NCBI GenBank assembly: GCA_964650385.1
Contig: CAZYTP010000001.1
Span: 352-64,351 of the forward strand
DNA length: 64,000 nucleotides
Source: an uncultured Syntrophales bacterium
Lineage (GTDB): Bacteria > Desulfobacterota > Syntrophia > Syntrophales > JADFWA01
Direction of reading: 5' to 3'
Positions within the stretch are counted from its first letter, which is position 1. The number at the start of each line of letters is the position of its first letter. The position numbers and the translations under genes are program-made. The notes below the pieces were generated by a model. That model did no database searches and was not told the origin of the DNA. It was given only the letters and a program-made list of their open reading frames with translations. Shown piece after piece: positions 29,022-39,764 of the stretch.

Positions 29022-29522
29022 GTGAAAATAACAAACCCTGAAGTTATCAAGAACGGTGAAAGCGAACTGATTGACGCCATAACCGCCGATATGGATTGGG
29101 TGGCTATTGAAGAAGTTTTTTTGAAAAAACATAAATTGAATATCGATGATGACGTAGAGTACAAGAAAGGTGATATTGTTGTTTATAATAATCAGATTGC
29201 ATATAAATTAGAATTTGACGTCAAAGTTAATCTTTCTATTTTACTGGATAGAGATGGAAATCATATATCCGTCTCAACTTCTCTTGATCGGGATAATGCC
29301 GCGGAAGAGGATGAAAAAAGCTTGTCAGGTGAGCCAGGTCAGGCCGATGACGAGAAAGAAAGCAGCTTTGAAGAGGCATTATCCGAACTTGACCAGCATG
29401 AACCCCCTGAAAATACTGAAATGGGTTCAACGACAGATGATGATAAGAGCTCACAGGAAAAGATTTCTGAGTTGGCAGCCACTGCCGGGGAAATAATGGA
29501 GCAAATAGAGGATGAAAAATAG
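29022..29522 (+). CDS. hypothetical protein with a highly acidic C-terminal half
   Basis: I prefer the GTG at 29022, which is preceded by GAAAGGAG, over the track ATG at 28986. The C-terminal ~70 aa are D/E/S-rich. No family recognised. Confidence 0.5.
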   Translation: MKITNPEVIKNGESELIDAITADMDWVAIEEVFLKKHKLNIDDDVEYKKGDIVVYNNQIAYKLEFDVKVNLSILLDRDGNHISVSTSLDRDNAAEEDEKSLSGEPGQADDEKESSFEEALSELDQHEPPENTEMGSTTDDDKSSQEKISELAATAGEIMEQIEDEK

Positions 29523-29599
29523 GCCGCTACCGATATTTTGCTCTGGTATCGATAACGGCGTTTAAATACCACTATTTTATCTAAAGACGAAAAGGTCTA

Positions 29600-31066
29600 A
29601 TGGAAAATAAAGCTCAAGAGAAAAAACCTGTGGAAAATAAGGCAGGAAGCCTGTTTGATAAAATACTTGGCCGTAATTTGGAAAGGCTGCTTGGAACAAA
29701 GTATGGTATCGGGGGGTTACCGGTAAATATACCCGCCATATCATGCATTATTATCCTTGCGGAACAGGCAAAAAACGAGATGGGGGGCGGGGTTGCCCGA
29801 CCAGAACATTATACCCGGGAAATGTTATTTGATGAATTGACCGAAATGGGTTTGGATGCTGATGAAGTCATGAACACGACTATATCGGATATGATTCGTA
29901 GGGGCTACATGGAAATTGATGCTGATTACAGAATCTTCATCAAGGAACATACAATTAACATGGCCCAGTTGCTGGACCGCATCTTTCCAAAAATGCCAGG
30001 AATAAATCTCGTTGCCTTCCTCACTCAGACCATAGATGAAGTACAATCCGGACGTAAAAATCTTGAAGATGCCAAAAGTTACTTGGACCAGGCATTAAAA
30101 ATGCACGGTGTTGCTCTTAAAAAAAGGCAGCCCCAGAAAGAACAGAAAGGGGCATCAGCTCCGGCTGACAGGCTGAGAGCATTAAAACATGAGACGCTGG
30201 CAACCATTACAAGAAGCCGGCAATTTACCAGTAGTAAAGTTATAAGAGGCTCAGACGTAAATGTTGTTCATCAAAAACCGGCAAACAAGAAAAAAACAAC
30301 ATACGTACCTTCTTCCGATATTGCAACGTTGCCTTCTGAAGGAATAACAGAGTCTCACAAAAACATTGCCGAATCCGTGGGTCAAACCATGGACATACCT
30401 GATATAACTTCAGCAACCCTCCCTGAAGAAAGCTACTTGACCGAGAAACTGGATTCTATCGAAAAAACCCTGCAAGATCTCCCCTTAAGCCATAAAGGAT
30501 CATCTTCCCCATCAGAGTTGGAAGAAAAAGAAAACCTGTCCTCTCTGGACGTTGTCCCGGAAAGCAAAGAGGATGAAACAATTCAGATAACAGATCCGGT
30601 GCTTGATGAAAAAACGGGGGAAGAATTAGATCTTGTTCCCGGTGAAGAGATAATTGAGGGGAAAGATGATGCCATTGAAAAGAAAATTGCCGCCTTTGAA
30701 GAAGACCTCGCGATGCAATGCCCGATATGTAGAATCGCCGGTATCAAAACACAAGAAACCAGTACGGGTAAATTTTATTATGTATGTTCCGATAAAAACT
30801 GCACCTTTATAAGCTGGGGCAAACCACACCATTTTGTCTGTCCGGAATGCAGTAATCCCTTTTTGGTGGAATCTTTGCACAGAGATGGAAAAACGGTTTT
30901 AAAATGTCCGAGGGCGACATGCCTCCATTGGCAAAAACACCCTTCTGAAATATCAGAAGAAGATAACGCCTTGTCATCATCTCGGGTATCCCGGGAAACA
31001 ACAACTACTGCACCTCCCCGCCGCAAAAGAGTCGTCAAAAAAAAGTTTGTCCGCAAAAAGCGATAG
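29600..31066 (+). CDS. protein with an unknown N-domain, a long disordered linker, two topoisomerase-type C4 zinc ribbons and a basic tail
   Basis: CPICRIAGIKTQETSTGKFYYVCSDKNCTFISWGKP and CPECSNPFLVESLHRDGKTVLKCPRATC match the zf-C4_Topoisom pattern. The protein ends PPRRKRVVKKKFVRKKR. Confidence 0.7.
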   Translation: MENKAQEKKPVENKAGSLFDKILGRNLERLLGTKYGIGGLPVNIPAISCIIILAEQAKNEMGGGVARPEHYTREMLFDELTEMGLDADEVMNTTISDMIRRGYMEIDADYRIFIKEHTINMAQLLDRIFPKMPGINLVAFLTQTIDEVQSGRKNLEDAKSYLDQALKMHGVALKKRQPQKEQKGASAPADRLRALKHETLATITRSRQFTSSKVIRGSDVNVVHQKPANKKKTTYVPSSDIATLPSEGITESHKNIAESVGQTMDIPDITSATLPEESYLTEKLDSIEKTLQDLPLSHKGSSSPSELEEKENLSSLDVVPESKEDETIQITDPVLDEKTGEELDLVPGEEIIEGKDDAIEKKIAAFEEDLAMQCPICRIAGIKTQETSTGKFYYVCSDKNCTFISWGKPHHFVCPECSNPFLVESLHRDGKTVLKCPRATCLHWQKHPSEISEEDNALSSSRVSRETTTTAPPRRKRVVKKKFVRKKR

Positions 31067-31411
31067 AAGCACGCCAGTTGTTTTATAGAAGTAGTATGGA
31101 GAAAGTGGATTATTTATTGGAATTGTATTTATGAAACACGCTACCAAGGATTAATGATCGCACTCTTTTTGATATGATTATGCCCGGAATGAGTGAAACC
31201 GAAACATTATGTGTAAAAGCAATTATTGTGACGGATGGAAATGTTTGCATGACTATGTTCCCAGTCATTACGAGGAGTGTAGTAACTCGGCAAGCTTTTA
31301 CAATTACAGTAAGTTAGAGATAGAGTGGGTAGCTTCACAATATGGGTGTTATGCAGACGTTCCGGATGGCCGATAATAATACAGTGATATGAGTTTAGCC
31401 CGAGTCCGAAT

Positions 31412-31822
31412 TTACGCTTTGTCTTTTTTCATACCGCCGTACTGGTTCATCCAACGGTCCAGTTTTTCAAAAGCGTCTTCGACTACCCTGTAAAGAGTGT
31501 CAAGTTTGATTGGTTTAGTAAAGTAATCGTCAAATCCGGCTTCCCTGCATTCTTCAATATCGAAAAGACCTGACCATCCCGTTATGGCATAGATAATAGA
31601 AATCGGGTTAGATTTGCGAATTTGCTGGCACAACTCTATACCGTTCATACCGAACAGTTTAAGATCGAGGAATATAACATCGATATTGTCCCTTGTAAGG
31701 ATATCAAGTGCCTGGTCAGCACTTTCAGCCGATCGAATCTCATAATACAAATCATCAAAGGCTTCCTCAAAAAAACCTCTTACAGCTTTGTCATCATCTA
31801 CAATTAATATCTTTCTTTTCAT
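31412..31822 (-). CDS. single-domain response regulator
   Basis: Starts MKRKILIVDDDKAVR, with DVIFLDLKLFGMNG and FTKP receiver motifs. The start is trimmed to the M at 31822. Confidence 0.85.
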   Translation of the reverse strand: MKRKILIVDDDKAVRGFFEEAFDDLYYEIRSAESADQALDILTRDNIDVIFLDLKLFGMNGIELCQQIRKSNPISIIYAITGWSGLFDIEECREAGFDDYFTKPIKLDTLYRVVEDAFEKLDRWMNQYGGMKKDKA

Positions 31823-32004
31823 AATCAAGGTGCCCCCGGCCAATAAACTTATAAAAAGATTTCGATCCTACAATAGAGGGTAATCATATCTTTTGAGGAA
31901 CCATTATCATTTTGAAAAAAGATTTTCCAGCTATTTTATGGTCAATAACTCAAGGTGACCTTGATGTTGTCACATCCCCCATCTGTGCCAATATAGGTGA
32001 GACG

Positions 32005-33017
32005 TTAGTCATCTTCTTTATCCAGCACCTTCCTGGCTTTCTTCAATATCTCAACTAATCTGTATGGCTTGCCGATAAAAAACACAGCGGCGCCTGCATA
32101 CAGCGTCTCTTTTGTCCCTCCATTGGCTAAATAACCACTGGATATAATAACCCTGGTCACCGGGTCAATCTCAAGAAGTTTTCGTAAACATTTATGACCA
32201 CCCATGCCCGGGATCCCTACGTCCAGAATCACCAGACCGATCCGACCCTTCTCCTTCTTATAAATCTCAATGGCATCCTCGCCACTTATGGCATCTATAG
32301 TAGTATAGCCATACTGGCCCAGCATGTTTGAACTGATGTCGAGAATGGTCTCTTCATCATCCACAAGAAGAATCGTCTCATTACCACCTCCTACATCCTC
32401 CTCCTTATCCTCAGTATCTAATACGCTCTATACTTTCTGCTTCTAAAACAGGAAAATATATCCTGAAAGTTGTACCCATACCGGGTTCGCTGTAACACGT
32501 TATATAACCACCATGATTCTTTACGATACCATAAACAATGGCAAAACCAAGACCGGTTCCAGGCAACTACCTTACCTTTAAGATCAACAGCAAAGGTGGC
32601 ATCAGGTAAAAAGTTAATAATATCAGCATATTGTTGTCTTGATTCTCTGAGAATCTCTTCGGCCCTTTTTTGCGTGGTGATGTCTTGCAAACTTTCTATC
32701 GCTCCGGTGATTTTCCCCTCAGCATCTCTCAATGGCGCTGCGGTGAAGAAAACCCATTTACCTCTCTTACTTTTTTCAGTCAGTATTCCAACTAACTGAT
32801 ATGGGCTTTGTCTTTTCTTGCAGTTGATGTGATAAGAACACCATCGATGCTGTCGTATTTTTTCGGAAATTGACAGGAAATTCTTTACCGCATTTATTCC
32901 CGCCATAATGGCGGGGTATTCTGCGGGATTTTCATAAAACACTAAAGAATTTTCTTCTTTGCCCGATAAGGTACAATAGTTGCAAAAGATGGATTTGTTG
33001 CAAATGATACATTTCAT
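32005..33017 (-). pseudogene. decayed hybrid sensor histidine kinase (Cys-rich N-domain, PAS, then a deletion into the end of HATPase_c, then a frameshift into a receiver domain)
   Basis: Three frames each carry a piece. The PAS piece ends ...[16 protein letters not shown]. After a shift comes [41 protein letters not shown] (the HATPase_c C-terminus). After a second shift comes EDKEEDVGGGNETILLVDDEETILD... (a receiver, the 32005-32364 ORF). Confidence 0.7.
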
Positions 33018-33044
33018 GAATGAAACAGCGAGAAAGATATAAAA

Positions 33045-33674
33045 GTGTCGAAACCATTCTATTCTACTACCGAAGTGGCAAATTTGTTCAACGTAAACAG
33101 GGTTACTGTTTACAGGTGGGCAAAAGAAGGGAAGATTAAAGCCTATGAGGTTGGCAAGCACCTTAAGATTCCTGTTTCAGAGGTAGGCAAATTGATAAAA
33201 GACGCCGGTTTTTCAGGATCCGACATACTGGAAATTTGTGACAGTTTAAATAACAGTCAGTTGAGTGAATTCGTCAAAAGTTTGACCTTGGACAAAAGTG
33301 AAAAGAAATTGGTCGTTGCCGTTGGCGATGATAATAACGTTCTGGGGTTTATTCAAAAGACGTTTGAAGAAACGGACCTGAGAGACACCTGTAAGCTGCT
33401 AACTTTTTCGAGCGGTTTGGAGGCGGCGATACATGTAGGGGAAGAAGAACCGAATCTGGTATTAATTGATGAAAAGGTGTCGGGTCTGGATGGGGCAAAA
33501 CTCGCAGAGGAAATAATAAATATTTATGATGATGTAAAGATAGTATTTATGTACGGGAATTTAGATGTAGGAAACATAGGCAGGATAAAAAAACTGAAGG
33601 GGTTCGATTACATAGTAAAGCCAATAGATCGCGATACATTATATAGGGTTGTGTTCGGTGGACTGGGGCTATAA
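33045..33674 (+). CDS. excisionase/MerR-type HTH fused to a C-terminal receiver-like domain
   Basis: GTG start. FYSTTEVANLFNVNRVTVYRWAKEGKIKAYEVGKHLKIP is an excisionase-family HTH. The C-terminus has LVLIDEKVSGLDG and IVKP, which are receiver-like. Confidence 0.7.
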   Translation: MSKPFYSTTEVANLFNVNRVTVYRWAKEGKIKAYEVGKHLKIPVSEVGKLIKDAGFSGSDILEICDSLNNSQLSEFVKSLTLDKSEKKLVVAVGDDNNVLGFIQKTFEETDLRDTCKLLTFSSGLEAAIHVGEEEPNLVLIDEKVSGLDGAKLAEEIINIYDDVKIVFMYGNLDVGNIGRIKKLKGFDYIVKPIDRDTLYRVVFGGLGL

Positions 33675-33704
33675 ATTTAGAAGTGCGATTTGTGAAAGGT
33701 AACT

Positions 33705-34532
33705 ATGACAGATTATGAATTAAGAGATATTGATTTTTCAAAAATCAGTCAGCTTGTCTATGAACAATGTGGAATTCATCTCCACGAAGGTAAAAAACAG
33801 CTGGTTAAGACTCGCCTGGGAAAGCGTTTAAGAGGTGGAAACTTCAAGTCGTTTGCCGATTATTATAAGTTTGTTACAACAGAAAAGGGCACCGATGAGC
33901 TTATTGGAATGATTGACTCCATTTCCACGAACCTGACAAGATTCTTCAGAGAGGAAGACCATTTCACACTGCTCAATAAGATATTGCCTGAAATAATAGC
34001 GGATCAAAGTACTAATGCTGGTGTGTCGAAGCTGAGGATATGGTGTGCTGGCTGTTCAACGGGTGAAGAGCCTTACTCAATAGCTATAACGTTAAAAGAA
34101 GTACTCAAAAACGATAACGTCAATCTGAAGATACTGGCAACCGATATCTCCACAAAGGTACTTAAAACTGCTATGGCCGGTGTTTATCCGTACGACCGGG
34201 TGAAAAACATCTCCCCTCCCCTGGTTCGTAAATATTTCCAGATCGGCGAGGGGAGATGGAAAGGATATTATCGGGTCAAAAAAACTCAAAAGGACCTTGT
34301 GGAGTTTGCAAGATTTAACCTCATGGATAGACCGTCTTTTGGCGATACATTTGACATCATATTCTGCAGGAACGTTATGATATATTTTGACAAGAAAACA
34401 CAACATGGCTTGATTAACAGATTCTACGATTGCATTAAAGATGGAGGCTACCTGTTCATCGGACATTCTGAGAGCCTGACCGGGATAACACATCTATTTA
34501 ATTATGTAAAACCAAGCGTTTATCGGAAATAA
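33705..34532 (+). CDS. cheR: chemotaxis protein methyltransferase
   Basis: 275 aa with the FFRE motif and the SAM-binding RIWCAGCSTGEEPYSIA. Confidence 0.93.
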   Translation: MTDYELRDIDFSKISQLVYEQCGIHLHEGKKQLVKTRLGKRLRGGNFKSFADYYKFVTTEKGTDELIGMIDSISTNLTRFFREEDHFTLLNKILPEIIADQSTNAGVSKLRIWCAGCSTGEEPYSIAITLKEVLKNDNVNLKILATDISTKVLKTAMAGVYPYDRVKNISPPLVRKYFQIGEGRWKGYYRVKKTQKDLVEFARFNLMDRPSFGDTFDIIFCRNVMIYFDKKTQHGLINRFYDCIKDGGYLFIGHSESLTGITHLFNYVKPSVYRK

Positions 34533-34535
34533 TTC

Positions 34536-35012
34536 ATGAAGCGTATAGTTGGAATTGCGGAGTTTAAGGTGACCCATGATCAAGAGGATGTGTTGGTTAC
34601 TTATGCCTTGGGATCATGCATTGCTGTTATTGTCTATGAGCCAAAGGTAAAGGTAGGGGGAATGTTACACTTCATGCTTCCCGATTCATCGATTGATTCG
34701 GAAAAGGCTGCCGCCAAACCGGCGATGTTTGCGGATACAGGGATACCTCTACTGTTTAAATCCTGTTATGGTCTTGGCGCGGAAAAAAAACGGATGGTGG
34801 TAAAGATTGTCGGAGGGGGCAATATTTTAGATAATAATTTTTTCAAGATTGGCGAAAGAAATATAACCGCTGCAAGAAAGCTATTTTGGAAGAACAAGGT
34901 ATTGATAGAGAATGAAGAAGTTGGAGAAAATTACAACCGGACAGTCGAACTTCATATGTCAACGGGCAAAGTTATTGTCAAGAATAGCAAAGGGTTTATG
35001 CTGGAGCTGTAG
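34536..35012 (+). CDS. cheD: chemoreceptor glutamine deamidase
   Basis: 158 aa with TYALGSCIAV (catalytic Cys) and a typical CheD length. Confidence 0.9.
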   Translation: MKRIVGIAEFKVTHDQEDVLVTYALGSCIAVIVYEPKVKVGGMLHFMLPDSSIDSEKAAAKPAMFADTGIPLLFKSCYGLGAEKKRMVVKIVGGGNILDNNFFKIGERNITAARKLFWKNKVLIENEEVGENYNRTVELHMSTGKVIVKNSKGFMLEL

Positions 35013-35071
35013 GTAAATGATATCACTTTAGCTTCAATTTACATAAATTAACCTAAGCTTAAGGAGTAGTT

Positions 35072-35503
35072 ATGTCTTTCAATGTATTGGTTGTGGATGA
35101 TTCGAATGCAATGCGTAGTGTTGTAAAGAAAGTTATTTCCATGTCGGGTTTTAAAATGGATCACTGCCTTGAGGCTGAAAATGGCAAAGAAGCATTGCGA
35201 ATTTTAGAGGAAAACTGGGTGGATGTAATCCTTTCGGATATAAACATGCCGGAGATGAACGGTCTTGAATTCCTGGAAGAGTTGCAAAAGGAAGAACTTT
35301 TTAAAAGAATCCCGGTTATTATCATTAGCACAGAAAGCAGGGAAGACCGTGTGAGCGAGGCAATTAGCCTGGGAGCAAAGGCGTTTATAAAAAAACCTTT
35401 CCTGCCTGCGGAGGTCAAGAAAGTTCTTTATGAGGTTATAGGGGTAGGCCATGAAGAAGAATACAGAGAAGATAATGGAGATGATGGAGATCTCGATTTT
35501 TGA
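35072..35503 (+). CDS. cheY: CheY-like response regulator with an acidic tail
   Basis: 143 aa with VLVVDDSNAMR, ILSDINMPEMNG and FIKKPF. Confidence 0.9.
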   Translation: MSFNVLVVDDSNAMRSVVKKVISMSGFKMDHCLEAENGKEALRILEENWVDVILSDINMPEMNGLEFLEELQKEELFKRIPVIIISTESREDRVSEAISLGAKAFIKKPFLPAEVKKVLYEVIGVGHEEEYREDNGDDGDLDF

Positions 35504-35897
35504 GGTCTTTGACAAGATGTTTTTCATATTTCTTGAACCATCGGATAATGAATATGTTGAAGCTGACATGGAAGCTGCCGTAAGTTTTGATGGCACCATA
35601 AGCGGTAAGGTTAGGATTTTGTTATCCAGAGAAGTGGTAGGAGCTATGGTTAGAAACATGCTTGGTCTCGGAGAAGAAGAATTCTCTATGCAGGACATGG
35701 AGGATTGCTCGAAAGAGGCAGTTAACATGGTTTGCGGAAATCTCCTCAGCAAGTTTGACAGTTCGGAAAGGTTTAAAATGTCCGTTCCGGTATTTAGAGA
35801 AGTACCTGGGAAAGTTGAGTCGTCGGAAAATGTTTTGTTGAAGGGGTTTGACTCGGATGATGGAAGAGTCGGTGTAGTAGTAACCTTGTCGGAGTAA
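35451..35897 (+). CDS. CheX-family protein (putative CheY-P phosphatase)
   Basis: 148 aa with CheX-like topology and an E-x-x-N-x-x-x-G motif (KEAVNMVCGNL). The start is uncertain: internal Met codons at 35475-35484 would shorten the overlap with cheY. Confidence 0.6.
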   Translation: MKKNTEKIMEMMEISIFEVFDKMFFIFLEPSDNEYVEADMEAAVSFDGTISGKVRILLSREVVGAMVRNMLGLGEEEFSMQDMEDCSKEAVNMVCGNLLSKFDSSERFKMSVPVFREVPGKVESSENVLLKGFDSDDGRVGVVVTLSE

Positions 35898-35927
35898 AGC
35901 AAGAATGAAGCACGTTTTTTGTCTTGA

Positions 35928-36980
<1,053 letters not shown>

Positions 36981-36983
36981 GCT

Positions 36984-39197
36984 GTGAAATATGAAAACTT
37001 GTCAAAATTGATTAATGATATCGTTTCCGATTTCCTTCTTCTCGATGAAGGAGTGATCGATGTTCCCACGGCCGGGAAGTTTCTGAATCAGTTGGAAAGT
37101 ATCGGTAAAGAAGCTGAACTTCAGCAGGTAGGGCTTTTGAAGCAGGTGGTCGGGGGGGTAACAGTTCTTCTTGAAAAGATTATACTTAATAGTATTGACC
37201 ATGAAGGGGGTTACAGTTCCTTTACGAAGGGGATAAATACTATACGGGAAATCAGTAACAGTTTCGAGAAGATTGGTGATTTTGCGGGAGATGTGGAAGA
37301 TTTCATGGATTCAATTGGTGCTGTGGTGGATGCCGACAAGGGGAAAAAAGAAGCCGCAGGAGAAGTATCGGCAACTGATGCAGACATCAATACCAAAAAA
37401 GATGAGATGGAGAAGGAATTTGAGATTCAGGATGAGTCTTTGTTAAGGGACTTTATTAACGAGAGTTTCGAATATATAGGCGAGATAGATGTGAATATTC
37501 TAAACCTTGAACAAAATCCTGAGGATGCAGATTACATTAATGCTATTTTCAGGCCTTTTCATTCGATAAAAGGTGTAGCGAGCTTTCTTAATCTGGATGA
37601 AATCCGCGATCTTGCCCATAGTCTGGAGAATCTGCTTGACCGTGCAAGGAGCAGAGAATTAGCGGTTACCCCTGCACTTATCGATATTGTTCTTGATGGA
37701 TCAGATACCCTGAAGACGATGATAGCCGACTTGCAGGAAGTTCTGAATGGAGATAAAGCCCGGCCCACGAAGCTGGATATATCTGAATTGCAAGATCGGA
37801 TAGCAAATATTGATCAACAGGTTGATTCAGAAGTTGTTTCAGGTGACAAGGTCAAGAAGATAGGAGACATACTGGTTGAAGATGGAGTTATAACGGAAGA
37901 TGTTTTGGAAGAGACGCTGGACATTGCTCAAGAGCCTCCCCAGATGAAGATAGGAGAAGCCTTGATTGAAGGAGGGAAGGCGACCACGAAGCAGGTATCC
38001 CAAGCTTTAAGGAAGCAGTCGCGTCAAGTTACGGAAACCACTTCGATCAGGGTGGATGTACAGAAATTGGATGATCTGATAGATATGATCGGTGAACTGG
38101 TCATCACTCAGGCGATGATCAAGCAGAACCCAGCCATCAGTGAAAATAGAGATAGGAAGCTCTTTACAGACGTTGCACAGCTGTCCAGTATTACGTCGGA
38201 GATTCAAAGAACATCCACAAGCTTAAGGATGACAACGATTAAACAATCATTTCAACGGATGGCTCGACTGGTAAGGGATTTGTCCAAAAATGCCGGAAAG
38301 AAGATTGTCGTTGATATGGTGGGAGAAGAAACAGAGATCGACAGAAATATGGTGGATGAGATATACAATCCCCTTGTACATATGGTGCGAAATTCTGTAG
38401 ATCACGGGATAGAGGCTCCTTCGGAACGTATAAAGCTCGGCAAGCCGGAGCAAGGTCTGATACAACTTAAGGCCTATCATAAGGGTGGTAATGTTATTAT
38501 CGAGATATCAGATGATGGCAGAGGTTTGAAAAAAGAAAAGATTGTGAATAAAGCCATGGATAACGGGCTTATTGAAAATTCGGATGATATGACAGAGCAG
38601 GAAATTTACAAGTTACTGTTCCTCCCTGGCTTTTCAACTGCCGAGAAGATTACGGATGTTTCAGGTCGCGGAGTCGGCATGGACGTTGTAAAGCAGGCCG
38701 TAGAAAAATTGCGCGGGAGAATAGACGTCTACAGTAAAGAGGGGGAAGGGTCTACATTCAGGACATTCTTTCCTCTCACTATGGCTATTATCGACGGAAT
38801 GATTGTCAGGGTAGGCAAGGAGAGGTGTATTATTCCGACCACTGCAATAAGGCAATTGTTGCGTCCCGTGGTTGAGTCATATAATAAAGTGGTGGGCAGG
38901 GGGGAGATGTTGAATGTAAGAGGAGAACTATTGCCCCTTATAAGATTGTATGATCTTTTTTCAATAGAACCAAAGTATACAAATCCGTGGGAATCATTGG
39001 TAGTTGTTATTGAGTCTGAAAACAAGGCCAAGTGTCTCATGGTGGATGAAGTTATAGGTAAGGAAGAGGTAGTTGTAAAAGGCCTTAGTGACCGTTTTAG
39101 AGATGTCAAGGGAATTGCCGGAGGAGCAATACTGGCCGATGGCAATGTGGGACTCATTCTTGATACCGAAGGCCTGTTTTATATAAGCGAAAATTAA
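36984..39197 (+). CDS. cheA: chemotaxis histidine kinase
   Basis: 737 aa with HPt (RPFHSIKGVASFL), dimerisation, HATPase (DDGRGL, GRGVGMD) and a C-terminal CheW-like P5 domain. GTG start. Confidence 0.95.
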   Translation: MKYENLSKLINDIVSDFLLLDEGVIDVPTAGKFLNQLESIGKEAELQQVGLLKQVVGGVTVLLEKIILNSIDHEGGYSSFTKGINTIREISNSFEKIGDFAGDVEDFMDSIGAVVDADKGKKEAAGEVSATDADINTKKDEMEKEFEIQDESLLRDFINESFEYIGEIDVNILNLEQNPEDADYINAIFRPFHSIKGVASFLNLDEIRDLAHSLENLLDRARSRELAVTPALIDIVLDGSDTLKTMIADLQEVLNGDKARPTKLDISELQDRIANIDQQVDSEVVSGDKVKKIGDILVEDGVITEDVLEETLDIAQEPPQMKIGEALIEGGKATTKQVSQALRKQSRQVTETTSIRVDVQKLDDLIDMIGELVITQAMIKQNPAISENRDRKLFTDVAQLSSITSEIQRTSTSLRMTTIKQSFQRMARLVRDLSKNAGKKIVVDMVGEETEIDRNMVDEIYNPLVHMVRNSVDHGIEAPSERIKLGKPEQGLIQLKAYHKGGNVIIEISDDGRGLKKEKIVNKAMDNGLIENSDDMTEQEIYKLLFLPGFSTAEKITDVSGRGVGMDVVKQAVEKLRGRIDVYSKEGEGSTFRTFFPLTMAIIDGMIVRVGKERCIIPTTAIRQLLRPVVESYNKVVGRGEMLNVRGELLPLIRLYDLFSIEPKYTNPWESLVVVIESENKAKCLMVDEVIGKEEVVVKGLSDRFRDVKGIAGGAILADGNVGLILDTEGLFYISEN

Positions 39198-39348
39198 TCG
39201 GTAAAGAAGTGATTGGGAAGATTAAAGGTTATAGTGGGTTAAGTTAAGCAATCTTGTAAACGTAACAGATTGTATTTATAGATTGCTTTAATACAGGCTC
39301 CCGTAATGGTTCTTGACAAACTACCAAAAACATTATCAGGAGATAGCT

Positions 39349-39738
39349 ATGAGTAAGGACATGAAAATACTGATTGTCGATGATTTTGCAACCATGAGAA
39401 AGGTCATACGAAACCTTTTAAAACAAGGGGGATATGAAAACATTGAAGAAGCAGAAGACGGGCAGATGGCACTTAATGAACTTAAAACAAAGGAAATAGA
39501 TTTTGTTATTTCCGATTGGAATATGCCGAAAATGACAGGTCTCGAGTTGCTCAAAGCAGTAAGAGGAGATGCTAAGCTGTCTAAAACCCCCTTTCTTATG
39601 GTCACGGCAGAAGCCCTTCAGGACAATGTTCTAGAAGCGGTAAAGGCGGGTGTTGACAATTATATTGTGAAGCCTTTTACCTCCGAGGTACTGAGCGAGA
39701 AGATAGAGGAAATAGTTAAAAAATATACGGGCTCTTAA
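39349..39738 (+). CDS. cheY: chemotaxis response regulator
   Basis: Start at the ATG at 39349 after AGGAG. MSKDMKILIVDDFATMRKV..., VISDWNMPKMTG and IVKPF. Confidence 0.93.
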   Translation: MSKDMKILIVDDFATMRKVIRNLLKQGGYENIEEAEDGQMALNELKTKEIDFVISDWNMPKMTGLELLKAVRGDAKLSKTPFLMVTAEALQDNVLEAVKAGVDNYIVKPFTSEVLSEKIEEIVKKYTGS

Positions 39739-39764
39739 AACATTATTAAGATAGGTGTTGTAAA

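Noticed and set aside
31360-31375. A GCCGATAA sigma-28 -10-like box.
   Set aside because: There is no TAAA -35 element at the required 15-nt spacing, and it points into a gene on the opposite strand.
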